A stretch of DNA of 64,000 bases from Zygnema circumcarinatum SAG 698-1b (lineage: Eukaryota > Plantae > Zygnematophyceae). The translations under genes were made by a program, and so were the position numbers. The notes under the pieces are model-generated. The model was not told the DNA's origin, searched no databases, and saw nothing but the letters and a program-made list of their open reading frames with translations. Shown in pieces: positions 25,269 through 43,890 of the stretch. The stretch is from contig CM074821.1 in the NCBI GenBank assembly GCA_037447605.1, positions 1,426,001 to 1,490,000 of the forward strand, given 5' to 3'. The number at the start of each line of letters is the position of its first letter. Positions within the stretch are counted from its first letter, which is position 1.

Positions 25269-26968
25269 AGGGAGGGAGAGGAAGAGGGAGGGGGAGGGGG
25301 AGAGGGAGAGGGAGGGAGGGGTGAGGAGGGGAGATGAGGTGGCAGGGGAGAGGGAGAGGGTGGAGGAGGGGGAGATGGAGAGGCAAGGGGAGAGGGAGAG
25401 GGGGGAGGAGGGGGAGATGGAGAGGCAAGGGGAGAGAGAAGGGGGAGAGGGAGGGAGAGGGAGAGGGAGGGAGGGGGAGGGTGGAGGAGGGAGATGGAGT
25501 GGCAGGGAGGAGAGGGAGGAGGGGGGGAGATGGAGAGGTAAGGGAGAGGGAGAGGGGGAGAAGGGGGAGATGGAAGAGCAAGGGGAGAGAGAGGGGGAGA
25601 GGGAGAAGGAGGGAGATGGGAGAGGAGTGTAGAGAGAGGGAAGAGGAGGGAGGAGAGAGAGGAGGGAGAGGGAGAGGGAATGAGAGTGGAGGGGGAGGAG
25701 GGGTGACGAGATGAGTGGCAATGGGAGAGGGAGTGGGAGCTGTAGAAGCAATGGGAGAGGGACTTGGAGACGGAGGGATAGAGAGAGATGGAGATGGAGA
25801 TGGAGAGGCAAAGAGAGAGGGAAGGGGGGAGGGAGGGGGGGAGAGAGGAAGAGATGGAGAGGCGATGGGAGCGGGTTGGGGGGAGAGCCATCAGGGAGGT
25901 GGAGAGGCAAGGGGAGAGGCAGGGGGGCAGAGAGGGAGAGATCGAAAGGCAATGGAAGAGGGAAGGGGAGAGGGAGTGGTAGAGAGAAGAGGAGATGGTA
26001 ATGGAGAGGGAAGGGGAGAGGGATTGGTAGAGAGAAGAGGAGATGGTAATGGAGAGGGCAGGGGAGAGGGAGTGGTAGAGAGAAGAGGAGATGTTAACGG
26101 AGAGGGAGGGGGAGAGGGAGAGCAAGAGAGAGGGCAAGGCCCAGTGGTAGGCAGTGAGAAAGCAGGAGAGGCTGCTGTAGATTCTCCAGAATTGACGAAT
26201 TGGCCTTGATTTTTGATTATTTTTCTTTTTTTATTTATTCCTTTAAATGGCAAATAGAGAAAAGGATACAAAATAATGGCCGGGTTAATCCCTATGCTTT
26301 GCTTTGTACAGAGGGTGGCCAGGGGGGTTGGGAGATGCTGACATGGCAATATTGTACAAACAGGTTGAGAAATTGAGAAACGAGTTTGCTTGATTTCTCA
26401 ATTCTCAATCTTATTGAATAAAGTTGAACTTTGAACACTCGAGGTCGAAACTTTTTCTTTTCGATTTAAGAAAGCGACAAGAATAATAATAATTATAAGT
26501 GGGCATGAAAGTAAATTGATGAATTTCAACTCTCCCACCTCTTGATTCTTTGTTGCAAATTCGGTTATTTTTATGCGAAAAACGAAATAAAGGAACGTAT
26601 CGTAATCATTTGAATTTGGAACCCCAAACATGAGTGAATGGCGTATGACGTTCTATGGTCGCCGTTCCGTAAGACCGTCAGTCGCCTTCAACGCTGTTCC
26701 ATGGGAGCCGTTGCACGTGCATGTCGTTTCCTGGCCATCGGGTATGGGCAAATCAAAATTTTGATATTACTGCAAGCTGAAAATTTTTCGCTCTACATTC
26801 TGCCGCCGTTTCTCTCATCGCCTCCCCTCCCACTCTCCACTTTCTCCCGCCTCTCCTCTTTCCCTTCTCAGACTGCGCCTCGTATTGTCTTTCACTACTA
26901 CTACTACTACTACTACTCTCGCCTATTACTTTGTCTCGCTACTTTCTCACAACATTTAGCACTCAACC

Positions 26969-29900
26969 ATGGCCATTGCATCTAGACGAGAAGGAGCTGA
27001 CAACCCTAACTGCCCTACCATCTCCTCCCACTCTCCCTCCCTCCTTCCCTCTCTCCCCCTCTCTCCCTCAGCCTCCCCCTCCCTCCCACTCCCCTCCCTC
27101 TCCCCCTCCCCCTCCCCCTCCCCCTCCCACTCCCCTTCCCTCCACTCCTCCCTCTCGCGCTCTCTCTCCCTCCCGTCTCTGGAAAACGCCCTCCGCGCCG
27201 ACCTCCTCCCTCTCCNNNNNNNNNNTCTTTCGCATCCTCACTGACCGGTCAGTGGTATGAGAATAAAACTAAGCACGTAAAGATTCAAAATGCCAAAGGG
27301 TTTCCAAAACGTAGCAGATAGGCTTTCTCACAAAAAGCTTTCAAGGAAGGTTTCTAATGAGCGTAATCACATAGGGTCACAAAATATATTACCTTCTGCT
27401 ACTAAGCACTTTTTGATTATCTCCGGAAATTTCTGGTTGTAGAAAGGTTCGGCCTCCCGGTGATTCTGAATCAGAGGCTTCTTGGAGGACGGAAGACATT
27501 ATTGACTGCTTGGTCCTTTTTTTCACTCAATGGTAGGCGTGTACATGCTTGCAAATTTAACGTGACTCCCGATCTTTCGCCATAGCTCCCTCTCCCTCTC
27601 CACTTCCCTTCCTCTACCCACCCTCCAACCTCGCATCCTTCACTCACCCCCTCTCACTTTTCCTCCCTCCCTCACTTCTTCCTATTGTTCTCCCACTCCC
27701 TCTGTCCGTCCCCAATTCCTTATCCTGCCCCTCCCTTCATTCTCTCCCCCTCCCTCTCCCCCCTTCCCCTCCTTCACGACCACCCCCACTCCATCACCAA
27801 CCCCTCTTTTCCTTCCCTACGACCCTCTCCCCTCCCTTCCCTCCCTCTCCCCTCCCCTCCCTCCCTCTCCCTTCCTCGCCCTGCCATCCTCGTCCTCACT
27901 ATCCCCTCCCCTCCCTTCCTTCTCCTCTCTCGTGACCAGCCCCACTCCATCCACTTCCTCCTCTCCTCTCCGTTCCTTCCTAACCCTCCCCCGCCCTTCT
28001 ATCTCCTTCGACACTCTTTCCCCCCCTCCCGCCCTTTCTTCCCCCTCCGTCTCCCCTCCCTTCCCATATTCTGACCTGCTTCTTCCTGTACTGCAGCCCC
28101 GAGCTGCCCTATGATGAGTTCTGGACAGAATGCTGCCGCTCCGTTGTTTCTCAGTCGGAGCCAACGGAAACTTTCATACAACATTTTTCTCTCAGAAAGA
28201 AGCTCATCAAAGGTTACAAAGCAACCCTCACTGCTATCAGAAATCACTCCTCAAATTTCTTCCAAAGTATTCCTCTTCGTCTTTCATAAAATTGTAAAAG
28301 AAACGAGAGAGGGAGCTTTTTTTGAGCTTGCTGATTTTAGGCTTTTATCTCGCTTCCCTTTTTTCTTCTTCTTCTTCTTTTTTTGGGCAGCATTGTTGGA
28401 ACTGATGGCTTCCAGGGAGAAGATACTTTTTCTGAAAAGCGTCGACCGACGGCCACTTTTGTATTTTCTTATTCTCGATCGCGTCATAATTGGGTCTCAT
28501 GGAGCATCGAATTCGCTTTCGGAAATTTGGGAAACGTTTGAGCTTCGCCGTATCCACGTTCTGCATTCATTTCCTGCAAACTGAACAAAAAAAAAAAAGG
28601 CTGCTCATGTTAACCCGGGTTGAAAAGTTTTTGTCTTGAAGAGATTTTCCCCTAAACTTTCCTTGAAAAAATATTCGAAACTAGGCGCGATACATAGTGC
28701 ATTCAAAGTGGTGCTCGAGTTGTTCCAAATGGACAGCTTTGAAGATTTTTTTCCGATGCCGGAGCCCATTTTTCAAAATGCGTGGAAAGTTTTAAGGGAG
28801 CTCCGAGACCTCGAAGAGGTTCTCTTTTTCTCTTTCCATACATTTTTTTTTCCCAAAAAAATCTCAGTAGATGAAAAAGCCTCACACTTTGCTTTCTTTC
28901 TCTGTTTTTTCCCCTCCCTCTCGCCTTCGCCCCTTCGTCCCCCCCTCCCTCCCCCCCATCTCATATACATTTTAAGATTAAAAAATAAGCTAAATGAGCA
29001 GAATTTCTAAATCTTAACTGCCCTTGGAAGCTGCAGGATGAATGGATGGCATGTTTTAATTCCGTAATTTTCAAAATACTTTTGGCGGTATCTGCGAAAG
29101 GGAGAATTCTCCTGAGAAAGGGAGCAACCTCACGTCTCCTCCTCCTCCTCTCTCGGCCCTCCCTCTCATACCACTTATTGGAAAGCTTAATCAAGCTCGC
29201 TGAACTCGAAAAGGAAAAGAAAAAAGGTGAAATTACTTTATGGTTTCTGGGGATGAGGAATATGAATATTTTATGGTTTTGGGGTTTAAGGGCACTCCTG
29301 GGAATGCTTTGTGTGTNNNNNNNNNNTCTTTCGCATCCTCACTGACCGGTCAGTGGTATGAGAATAAAACTAAGCACGTAAAGATTCAAAATGCCAAAGG
29401 GTTTCCAAAACGTAGCAGATAGGCTTTCTCACAAAAAGCTTTCAAGGAAGGTTTCTAATGAGCGTAATCACATAGGGTCACAAAATATATTACCTTCTGC
29501 TACTAAGCACTTTTTGATTATCTCCGGAAATTTCTGGTTGTAGAAAGGTTCGGCCTCCCGGTGATTCTGAATCAGAGGCTTCTTGGAGGACGGAAGACAT
29601 TATTGACTGCTTGGTCCTTTTTTTCACTCAATGGTAGGCGTGTACATGCTTGCAAATTTAACGTGACTCCCGATCTTTCGCCATAGCTCCCTCTCCCTCT
29701 CCACTTCCCTTCCTCTACCCACCCTCCAACCTCGCATCCTTCACTCACCCCCTCTCACTTTTCCTCCCTCCCTCACTTCTTCCTATTGTTCTCCCACTCC
29801 CTCTGTCCGTCCCCAATTCCTTATCCTGCCCCTCCCTTCATTCTCTCCCCCTCCCTCTCCCCCCTTCCCCTCCTTCACGACCACCCCCACTCCATCACCA

Positions 29901-32900
29901 ACCCCTCTTTTCCTTCCCTACGACCCTCTCCCCTCCCTTCCCTCCCTCTCCCCTCCCCTCCCTCCCTCTCCCTTCCTCGCCCTGCCATCCTCGTCCTCAC
30001 TATCCCCTCCCCTCCCTTCCTTCTCCTCTCTCGTGACCAGCCCCACTCCATCCACTTCCTCCTCTCCTCTCCGTTCCTTCCTAACCCTCCCCCGCCCTTC
30101 TATCTCCTTCGACACTCTTTCCCCCCCTCCCGCCCTTTCTTCCCCCTCCGTCTCCCCTCCCTTCCCATATTCTGACCTGCTTCTTCCTGTACTGCAGCCC
30201 CGAGCTGCCCTATGATGAGTTCTGGACAGAATGCTGCCGCTCCGTTGTTTCTCAGTCGGAGCCAACGGAAACTTTCATACAACATTTTTCTCTCAGAAAG
30301 AAGCTCATCAAAGGTTACAAAGCAACCCTCACTGCTATCAGAAATCACTCCTCAAATTTCTTCCAAAGTATTCCTCTTCGTCTTTCATAAAATTGTAAAA
30401 GAAACGAGAGAGGGAGCTTTTTTTGAGCTTGCTGATTTTAGGCTTTTATCTCGCTTCCCTTTTTTCTTCTTCTTCTTCTTTTTTTGGGCAGCATTGTTGG
30501 AACTGATGGCTTCCAGGGAGAAGATACTTTTTCTGAAAAGCGTCGACCGACGGCCACTTTTGTATTTTCTTATTCTCGATCGCGTCATAATTGGGTCTCA
30601 TGGAGCATCGAATTCGCTTTCGGAAATTTGGGAAACGTTTGAGCTTCGCCGTATCCACGTTCTGCATTCATTTCCTGCAAACTGAACAAAAAAAAAAAAG
30701 GCTGCTCATGTTAACCCGGGTTGAAAAGTTTTTGTCTTGAAGAGATTTTCCCCTAAACTTTCCTTGAAAAAATATTCGAAACTAGGCGCGATACATAGTG
30801 CATTCAAAGTGGTGCTCGAGTTGTTCCAAATGGACAGCTTTGAAGATTTTTTTCCGATGCCGGAGCCCATTTTTCAAAATGCGTGGAAAGTTTTAAGGGA
30901 GCTCCGAGACCTCGAAGAGGTTCTCTTTTTCTCTTTCCATACATTTTTTTTTCCCAAAAAAATCTCAGTAGATGAAAAAGCCTCACACTTTGCTTTCTTT
31001 CTCTGTTTTTTCCCCTCCCTCTCGCCTTCGCCCCTTCGTCCCCCCCTCCCTCCCCCCCATCTCATATACATTTTAAGATTAAAAAATAAGCTAAATGAGC
31101 AGAATTTCTAAATCTTAACTGCCCTTGGAAGCTGCAGGATGAATGGATGGCATGTTTTAATTCCGTAATTTTCAAAATACTTTTGGCGGTATCTGCGAAA
31201 GGGAGAATTCTCCTGAGAAAGGGAGCAACCTCACGTCTCCTCCTCCTCCTCTCTCGGCCCTCCCTCTCATACCACTTATTGGAAAGCTTAATCAAGCTCG
31301 CTGAACTCGAAAAGGAAAAGAAAAAAGGTGAAATTACTTTATGGTTTCTGGGGATGAGGAATATGAATATTTTATGGTTTTGGGGTTTAAGGGCACTCCT
31401 GGGAATGCTTTGTGTGTTCTTGCTTGCAAACAACTGACTCTTTCCTCCCTCCCTCCCTCTCTCCCTCCCTCCCTCTCTCCCTCCCTCCCTCTCTCCCTCC
31501 CTCCCTNNNNNNNNNNAGGGGGAGGGGGGAGCGGGGAGACGGGCTGGAAGCATTGTCAAAAAGTATGAGGAATGAAAACTGTGGCTCTCCAAGAAAACTG
31601 TCTCAAAGGTTTTTGAAAAATGGAATCCTCCACCTTGCTCCCCCGTTAGTTTCTTTTACATTTTATTTTGATCTTATTTTTTTTTGCAGCTTTATCGAGG
31701 CTGCATGAGAACTCCTTAGACGAAGCCCTTTCTTTCCATCTCCATCCTCACGCCCTGCAGGGCGCGCTGCGGGCGGCGCTATTCGACCCCTCCGTGAGAG
31801 TGAGGAGAGTCTCTCTCCTGCTGCTCTCCCGCACGCGCACACACACTGCGGGTACGCTCCACACTCGTAACAGAAAGGGAGGGAGAGGGGGCTGTTGTAA
31901 TGAGAGAGGGAGGATGTGTGGGAGGGAGAGGGAGGGAAAAGGAGTGACAGGCAGGGAGGGAAAAGGAGTGACAGGCAGGGAGGGAAAGAGAGAGGGAGGG
32001 GAGGGGAAGGGGAGGGAGGGGGGAGGGGAGAGAGCGGGAAGGATGGAGGGGGAGAAGGAGAGGGAGACGAAGAGAGGGAGAGGGAGGAAAAAGGAAGGAC
32101 TGAGAGGAAGAGGGAGGGGCAGCAATGAAAGGGAGGGATGTGGAGGGAGAGGGCGGAAGAGGAAGGGAGATGGATGAAGAGGGAGGAAGTGAGAGGGACA
32201 GGAAGAGAGGAAGAGGGAGGAAAGGGAGGGACTGGGAGGGGGGAGGGAGAGAGGGGAAAGGGAGGGAGGAGGGAAAGGGAGGAAAGGGTAGGAAAGCGAG
32301 CGCGAGGGAAAGGGAGGGACAGGGAGGGAGAAAGAGGGAGAAAAAGAGAAGGGAGGGAGAGAAAGAGAAGGGAGGGAGCGAGAGGGAAAGGGAGGGACAG
32401 GGAGGGACAGGGACGGAAAGGGACGGAGAGAGAGGGAGAGGTTTGGGGTGCCGGGAGGGAAGGGAGAGAGGGAAAGGGGAGGGAAGGGGAGGGGGAGGGA
32501 GAGGGCGGGAAGGAAAGGGAGACATTGAGGGAGGGAGTGGGAGTGCGAGGGAAAAGTAGAAACAGGGAGGGAGAAGGAAAGAAAGGGAGGGAGACGGAGG
32601 GAGGAGGGGAAAAAAGTGGGAGACAGGATATGGGAGTTACGAGAGTTTATTCACTCATTTCGTCCTTTTTATTTTTTTCATAACTCTATTACGCATTTCA
32701 AAAAAAAAATAATCTCTTCAATACAAATACTTTCCTTCTTCTCCAAACCGAACCTTCTAAACACATTTTTAACCCCCCTCCTCCCCCTGAACCCCTTATT
32801 TATTTTCCCTCCGGTTTCTTTTATTCCTTTTTCAGATTCTTTGTATGCGATATTTTTGAAGTTGAGAGATACAGACAGTACTGTCTGCATGTTGGCATTC

Positions 32901-35088
32901 AAAGCTTTAGCGAAATTTCCCATGAAGCTTCTCTTTCAGCGGCTAAAGGACGAAGACTGGCAGCTCATATTCAAAATTGGGCTTCAAGGGGAACATAAGA
33001 AGAGCGAGGAAATCAAGCAAATTACGGAGGTAAAGTAATGAAAAAAATTTAAAACATATGTACTCAAAACTGATTGGCAGGATCTTACGTGGGGACACTT
33101 GAATTATATAAACGATTGCATTTTCACTTTTTCTTTTTGCTTTTTTGACAGCGGATGAAGTTTTGATTTCAGGACCTCCTTCTAAAATTTCTCATAAGCG
33201 ACGAAATTTCGGATCCGCCCTCCTCTCGCCTGAAGCGCGTAGGGTTCCTAANNNNNNNNNNAGGGGGAGGGGGGAGCGGGGAGACGGGCTGGAAGCATTG
33301 TCAAAAAGTATGAGGAATGAAAACTGTGGCTCTCCAAGAAAACTGTCTCAAAGGTTTTTGAAAAATGGAATCCTCCACCTTGCTCCCCCGTTAGTTTCTT
33401 TTACATTTTATTTTGATCTTATTTTTTTTTGCAGCTTTATCGAGGCTGCATGAGAACTCCTTAGACGAAGCCCTTTCTTTCCATCTCCATCCTCACGCCC
33501 TGCAGGGCGCGCTGCGGGCGGCGCTATTCGACCCCTCCGTGAGAGTGAGGAGAGTCTCTCTCCTGCTGCTCTCCCGCACGCGCACACACACTGCGGGTAC
33601 GCTCCACACTCGTAACAGAAAGGGAGGGAGAGGGGGCTGTTGTAATGAGAGAGGGAGGATGTGGGAGGGAGAGGGAGGGAAAAGGAGTGACAGGCAGGGA
33701 GGGAAAAGGAGTGACAGGCAGGGAGGGAAAGAGAGAGGGAGGGGAGGGGAAGGGGAGGGAGGGGGGAGGGGAGAGAGCGGGAAGGATGGAGGGGGAGAAG
33801 GAGAGGGAGACGAAGAGAGGGAGAGGGAGGAAAAAGGAAGGACTGAGAGGAAGAGGGAGGGGCAGCAATGAAAGGGAGGGATGTGTGGAGGGAGAGGGCG
33901 GAAGAGGAAGGGAGATGGATGAAGAGGGAGGAAGTGAGAGGGACAGGAAGAGAGGAAGAGGGAGGAAAGGGAGGGACTGGGAGGGGGGAGGGAGAGAGGG
34001 GAAAGGGAGGGAGGAGGGAAAGGGAGGAAAGGGTAGGAAAGCGAGCGCGAGGGAAAGGGAGGGACAGGGAGGGAGAAAGAGGGAGAAAAAGAGAAGGGAG
34101 GGAGAGAAAGAGAAGGGAGGGAGCGAGAGGGAAAGGGAGGGACAGGGAGGGACAGGGACGGAAAGGGACGGAGAGAGAGGGAGAGGTTTGGGGTGCCGGG
34201 AGGGAAGGGAGAGAGGGAAAGGGGAGGGAAGGGGAGGGGGAGGGAGAGGGCGGGAAGGAAAGGGAGACATTGAGGGAGGGAGTGGGAGTGCGAGGGAAAA
34301 GTAGAAACAGGGAGGGAGAAGGAAAGAAAGGGAGGGAGACGGAGGGAGGAGGGGAAAAAAGTGGGAGACAGGATATGGGAGTTACGAGAGTTTATTCACT
34401 CATTTCGTCCTTTTTATTTTTTTCATAACTCTATTACGCATTTCAAAAAAAAAATAATCTCTTCAATACAAATACTTTCCTTCTTCTCCAAACCGAACCT
34501 TCTAAACACATTTTTAACCCCCCTCCTCCCCCTGAACCCCTTATTTATTTTCCCTCCGGTTTCTTTTATTCCTTTTTCAGATTCTTTGTATGCGATATTT
34601 TTGAAGTTGAGAGATACAGACAGTACTGTCTGCATGTTGGCATTCAAAGCTTTAGCGAAATTTCCCATGAAGCTTCTCTTTCAGCGGCTAAAGGACGAAG
34701 ACTGGCAGCTCATATTCAAAATTGGGCTTCAAGGGGAACATAAGAAGAGCGAGGAAATCAAGCAAATTACGGAGGTAAAGTAATGAAAAAAATTTAAAAC
34801 ATATGTACTCAAAACTGATTGGCAGGATCTTACGTGGGGACACTTGAATTATATAAACGATTGCATTTTCACTTTTTCTTTTTGCTTTTTTGACAGCGGA
34901 TGAAGTTTTGATTTCAGGACCTCCTTCTAAAATTTCTCATAAGCGACGAAATTTCGGATCCGCCCTCCTCTCGCCTGAAGCGCGTAGGGTTCCTAAAAAG
35001 GGAAAACATGGAACTGTACGGACGAGTGCTGCAGGGACACGTGTCCCTTGTGGCAGAGAAGGAGGTGGCCAAGGAAGGAGGGCAATGA
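26969..35088 (+). CDS. Divergent condensin CAP-G (NCAPG)-like N-terminal HEAT-repeat gene; collapsed exons ~26969-27247, 28097-28212, (28391-?), 29037-29226, 31690-31851, 32836-33029, 34918-35064/35088, several present twice
   Basis: Phase-compatible exons give ...ALSRLHE...[16 protein letters not shown]...[32 protein letters not shown]...IFKIGL...EIKQITEDLLLKFL, aligning by eye with remembered NCAPG segments ALSRLQD, DSNPEVRRAVL, RTKDVKEAVRKLAYQVLAEKVHM, LLQQGL. Ends and one internal exon are uncertain; five N gaps lie within or just after it. Confidence 0.55.
27226..31417 (+). repeat. Direct duplication 27226-29316 / 29327-31417 (2091 bp, offset 2101), probable assembly artefact
   Basis: Identical ORF translations at offset 2101; both copies start at the same base right after a 10-N gap. 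Confidence 0.9.
31517..34996 (+). repeat. Direct duplication 31517-33251 / 33262-34996 (1735 bp, offset 1745), probable assembly artefact
   Basis: Both copies start at the same base after a 10-N gap; the only differences noticed are two reciprocal TG indels. Confidence 0.9.
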
Positions 35089-36135
35089 CCTGAGGGGAAG
35101 GCTCCCTCTCTCCGTCTTTCTCTCTCTCTCATCCCCCTCTCTCTCCCATCCTTTCACTCTTCCTATCCTTTCTATCGCTCCCCACTCCCTCTCTCAATCC
35201 CTTCCCCCCTTCTCCCTCAACCTCTCCTCTTCCCTCCACACAGTTTCCCTGCTTCCCGCCTCCCCCTATCCCTTCCCACCTTCCTCCTCCTTCCGCTGTT
35301 TTTCCGCCCTTCTTTCGGCTTCTTTATCTCCTCCCCATCTTCCCCCCTATCTCTCCTTCCAGCCTTCTCCTCTCCCCCTACTTCCCCCCTTTCTCCCTCG
35401 TCTCCCCCCCTCCTTTGTACGCCTCTTTACTTCCCGCCTCGTCCCTCTCTCTCCTTCTCGCCTCTCCTCTCTCTCTTCTTTGCCGCTCCTCTCTCATTCT
35501 CTCTCCCTTTCNNNNNNNNNNCCCCCCCCCCCCCCCCCCCCGCTTCCACTCCCCGGTGTTCCAAACATTCTCTAAGTCGCTGCACTGAAAGAAGAGCGCA
35601 GATGTCGAGTCATTCTTTGAGGCCTACCCCTAAGGCAAAAGATATATGGAGTGGACATCTTTTTGTTTTTTACAATAACCAAAACAGAAAAAGGAAAGCA
35701 CATTGAAAATGTATGCGATGTTTGCACAAGATTTTGAATTTTCCAGCACTTATAACTTATGTAATAAAGATGTGATTGGGAAAAAGCACGGAATTCCGAA
35801 GAGCACGGACGAATAACTGTTCTCCAAAACATTGGACTTTTCCTTTTTTCTGCACCAGACTTTCTGTTTCCTTTTTTCCTTTTCACCTAATTCAGTTCTC
35901 CTCCAAAAACCGAAAAAGTTAAAAAGTATTGAGGCCCAATTACCGCCCCTTTTTCTTTCTCCAATATTGTAAAAAATAAGTGAGTAAGAACCTGAAGAAA
36001 AAGAAAAAGCGGCGGGGGAGAGTGGGCGGTATCATGACTACTTGAAGTCTCCCTTATAGATAGATATAGACCCGCCTTTCATTTTTCCGAAAACAAAGAA
36101 AAAAAATATTACTATTATTTCCATATAGGCTATTT

Positions 36136-41829
<5,694 letters not shown>

Positions 41830-42714
41830 CGCCGCCAGAGGCCGCATTGCGATGAATGGCTCTGAAAGGGACTGAAAAATGAAAAAAATGACAAAAAAAT
41901 ATTACAATTCTGGGCCGGAATTGCAGCAGGCGGTGCCCTCGGCCAACCCAACTTCTCCGGCTCGCTTTTGAGGGACGTTGGGATGCAGACTGGAAGCTTC
42001 CGGGCAGCTTCCTGCGTTACAGGTCAGTCACGTCACGGAGGTCCCAAGCGCGACACGTGGCACGTTCCATGTGAATGGAGGCGTCTGACACATCTGAGAA
42101 AAATTCGTTTAACGGGATTTGAGGAGCGAGCGAGAGCATGGAAATGGAGCTGACGTCAGGATGTCAGGTCGACAAGCCTTGAAAACGTCGGAGCGAGGAT
42201 GTGACGCAATAGATGGCGTCATTTAAAAACTGCAAACTGGAAAGTGCAAACCGCGCCTGTGGGCTGCGCCGGTTGACAGTTGGCAACCTCTACGGGGAGG
42301 TTTCAGCCAATCGCTCCCTGTCACGTGGAAAATCAAGAAGCATTTCTTTCGTGAAATGGGATTCTACGAGCAAGGGAGCACTGTACAGTCCGATTTCCAT
42401 GTTCAGAATGCGTTGCCACGATCAGGGTTCGAACCGTGACCGCCAAATCTTTGGAAGTCATGTCACAGCACGTCACGTCACGTAACGGACGGTCGCTCGA
42501 AGCATCAGGGGCACCGCCGCACGTGTCACAGTGCCGCGTGGCAAGACCGTACGTCATGTCACGGATCCAGCGTCCGTACTGCACTCTGTCAGGCTGCCAG
42601 CGGACAAATCCGCTGTCATAATGGCGGCTGTCATAATGGCGGCTGATTCTTACTTGGCAGGCGCTCACCAGTCGCGTGGCGCCACGTGGCAGAAAATTCC
42701 GTGGAGCATGGACC

Positions 42715-43085
42715 CTGAAAACTTTAACCCGCAAGCTTAAACCCTAAAGCTTAAATCCTAGAACCCTGAACTCCAGACCGTTAAGCCTGAACCCTAAAAC
42801 CTAGACCCTCAATCCCATAGCCTACGCCCTGAAGCTTCAACCCTAAACCCTGAATCTAAAGCATAGACTCTCGAGGGCCTCAACCCCATATCCTACACCC
42901 TCAACCCTCAACCCTAAATCCCCTAGACCCTCAACCCCTTACCCTACACCCTGCACCATGCACCCTAAACCCTCGATCCTGGACCCTTAATCCCATACCC
43001 AACACCCTCAACCCTCAACCCTAAACCCCTGAAGCCGCAACCACATCCTCGTGATAGAGATTACAGCACAACCCCTAAACCTAAA
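42715..43085 (-). repeat. Degenerate CCCTAAA (telobox/telomere-like) tract
   Basis: Repeated ACCCTAAA/ACCCTCAA units. Confidence 0.7.
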
Positions 43086-43770
43086 GCCTAATAATTATCG
43101 ATTCGCAGACACGCCAATGCGACACGTGCTGGTCAGGCGGACAGCCCACTGGTCGCCAATTCGTCCACGTGTTAGCCACGTGTCGTCCACATATTGGCGT
43201 CCGCTGCTCGCACCAATCGCGGCCGTCGTGAGCGCCGCGGCGTGGTCGGTGATTGGTAGATTTAAATTGTCGTTTTGTGGTCAGTAACGTCGCAGACCGT
43301 ACGAACAAATGATCCACGTCCGAGATTTTCGGACTTTGCTCGAGGACGCGCCACGTGTCGCCATGCTACATCTTGACCGTTGGATTTTTTCATTTTTTTC
43401 CTTACGGGCCTTCGGAATGAGGACGGCTCGGAACTTTCGTTTTAAGGAAAAAAAAAAAAACTGAATGTGCACGAGTTTGCGGCCTCATCAGAATCAGGAA
43501 ACTAAAGGAGAGATAAGTAGTAGGAAAAAAACTCGAACAATAAAAACTTGGACGCTAAAACGGACCCTTACAGGAGGAGCTCTCCCTCCCCCTCCCTCCC
43601 TCGCTTGCTGCTTTAGGGTTCAGGAGGGTTTTGGACGGCGCTTAGGACCGCCTCGAGCAAAACCCTCTGATTGGCGGATTGGAATTGAAATTTAAAATTT
43701 CAACAGTGTCACGCGCCATGCAAACAGTCAGTCCGGACGTGCGATGGTTTCCATGGGAGGCAGCCACAGT

Positions 43771-43890
43771 TCAACTGTGGCAGCGTAAACAATCGCCATG
43801 GAAAGGGCGGTCCCCTGATACCCGGTCTGTTAGAGTTCGCTTCACGGAACTGCCGCACCGATCGGCGCAATTTCTGCACGCGTAGGCCAT
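43771..43890 (-). other. 39-aa Cys/His-rich short ORF upstream of IPCS (uORF or first coding exon)
   Basis: CT-rich leader then gccATGG; MAYACRNCADRCGSSVKRTLTDRVSGDRPFHGDCLRCHS*. Confidence 0.45.

Noticed and set aside
25210-26209. Pro/Ser/Leu- and Glu/Arg/Gly-rich ORFs here and at 31748-34428, 39020-41497 and in many introns
   Set aside because: GA/CT homopurine tracts lack stop codons; they are intronic or intergenic
27226-34996. Tandem exon duplication as a biological mechanism (e.g. mutually exclusive exons)
   Set aside because: Copies are essentially identical and start exactly at gap edges; an artefact is more parsimonious
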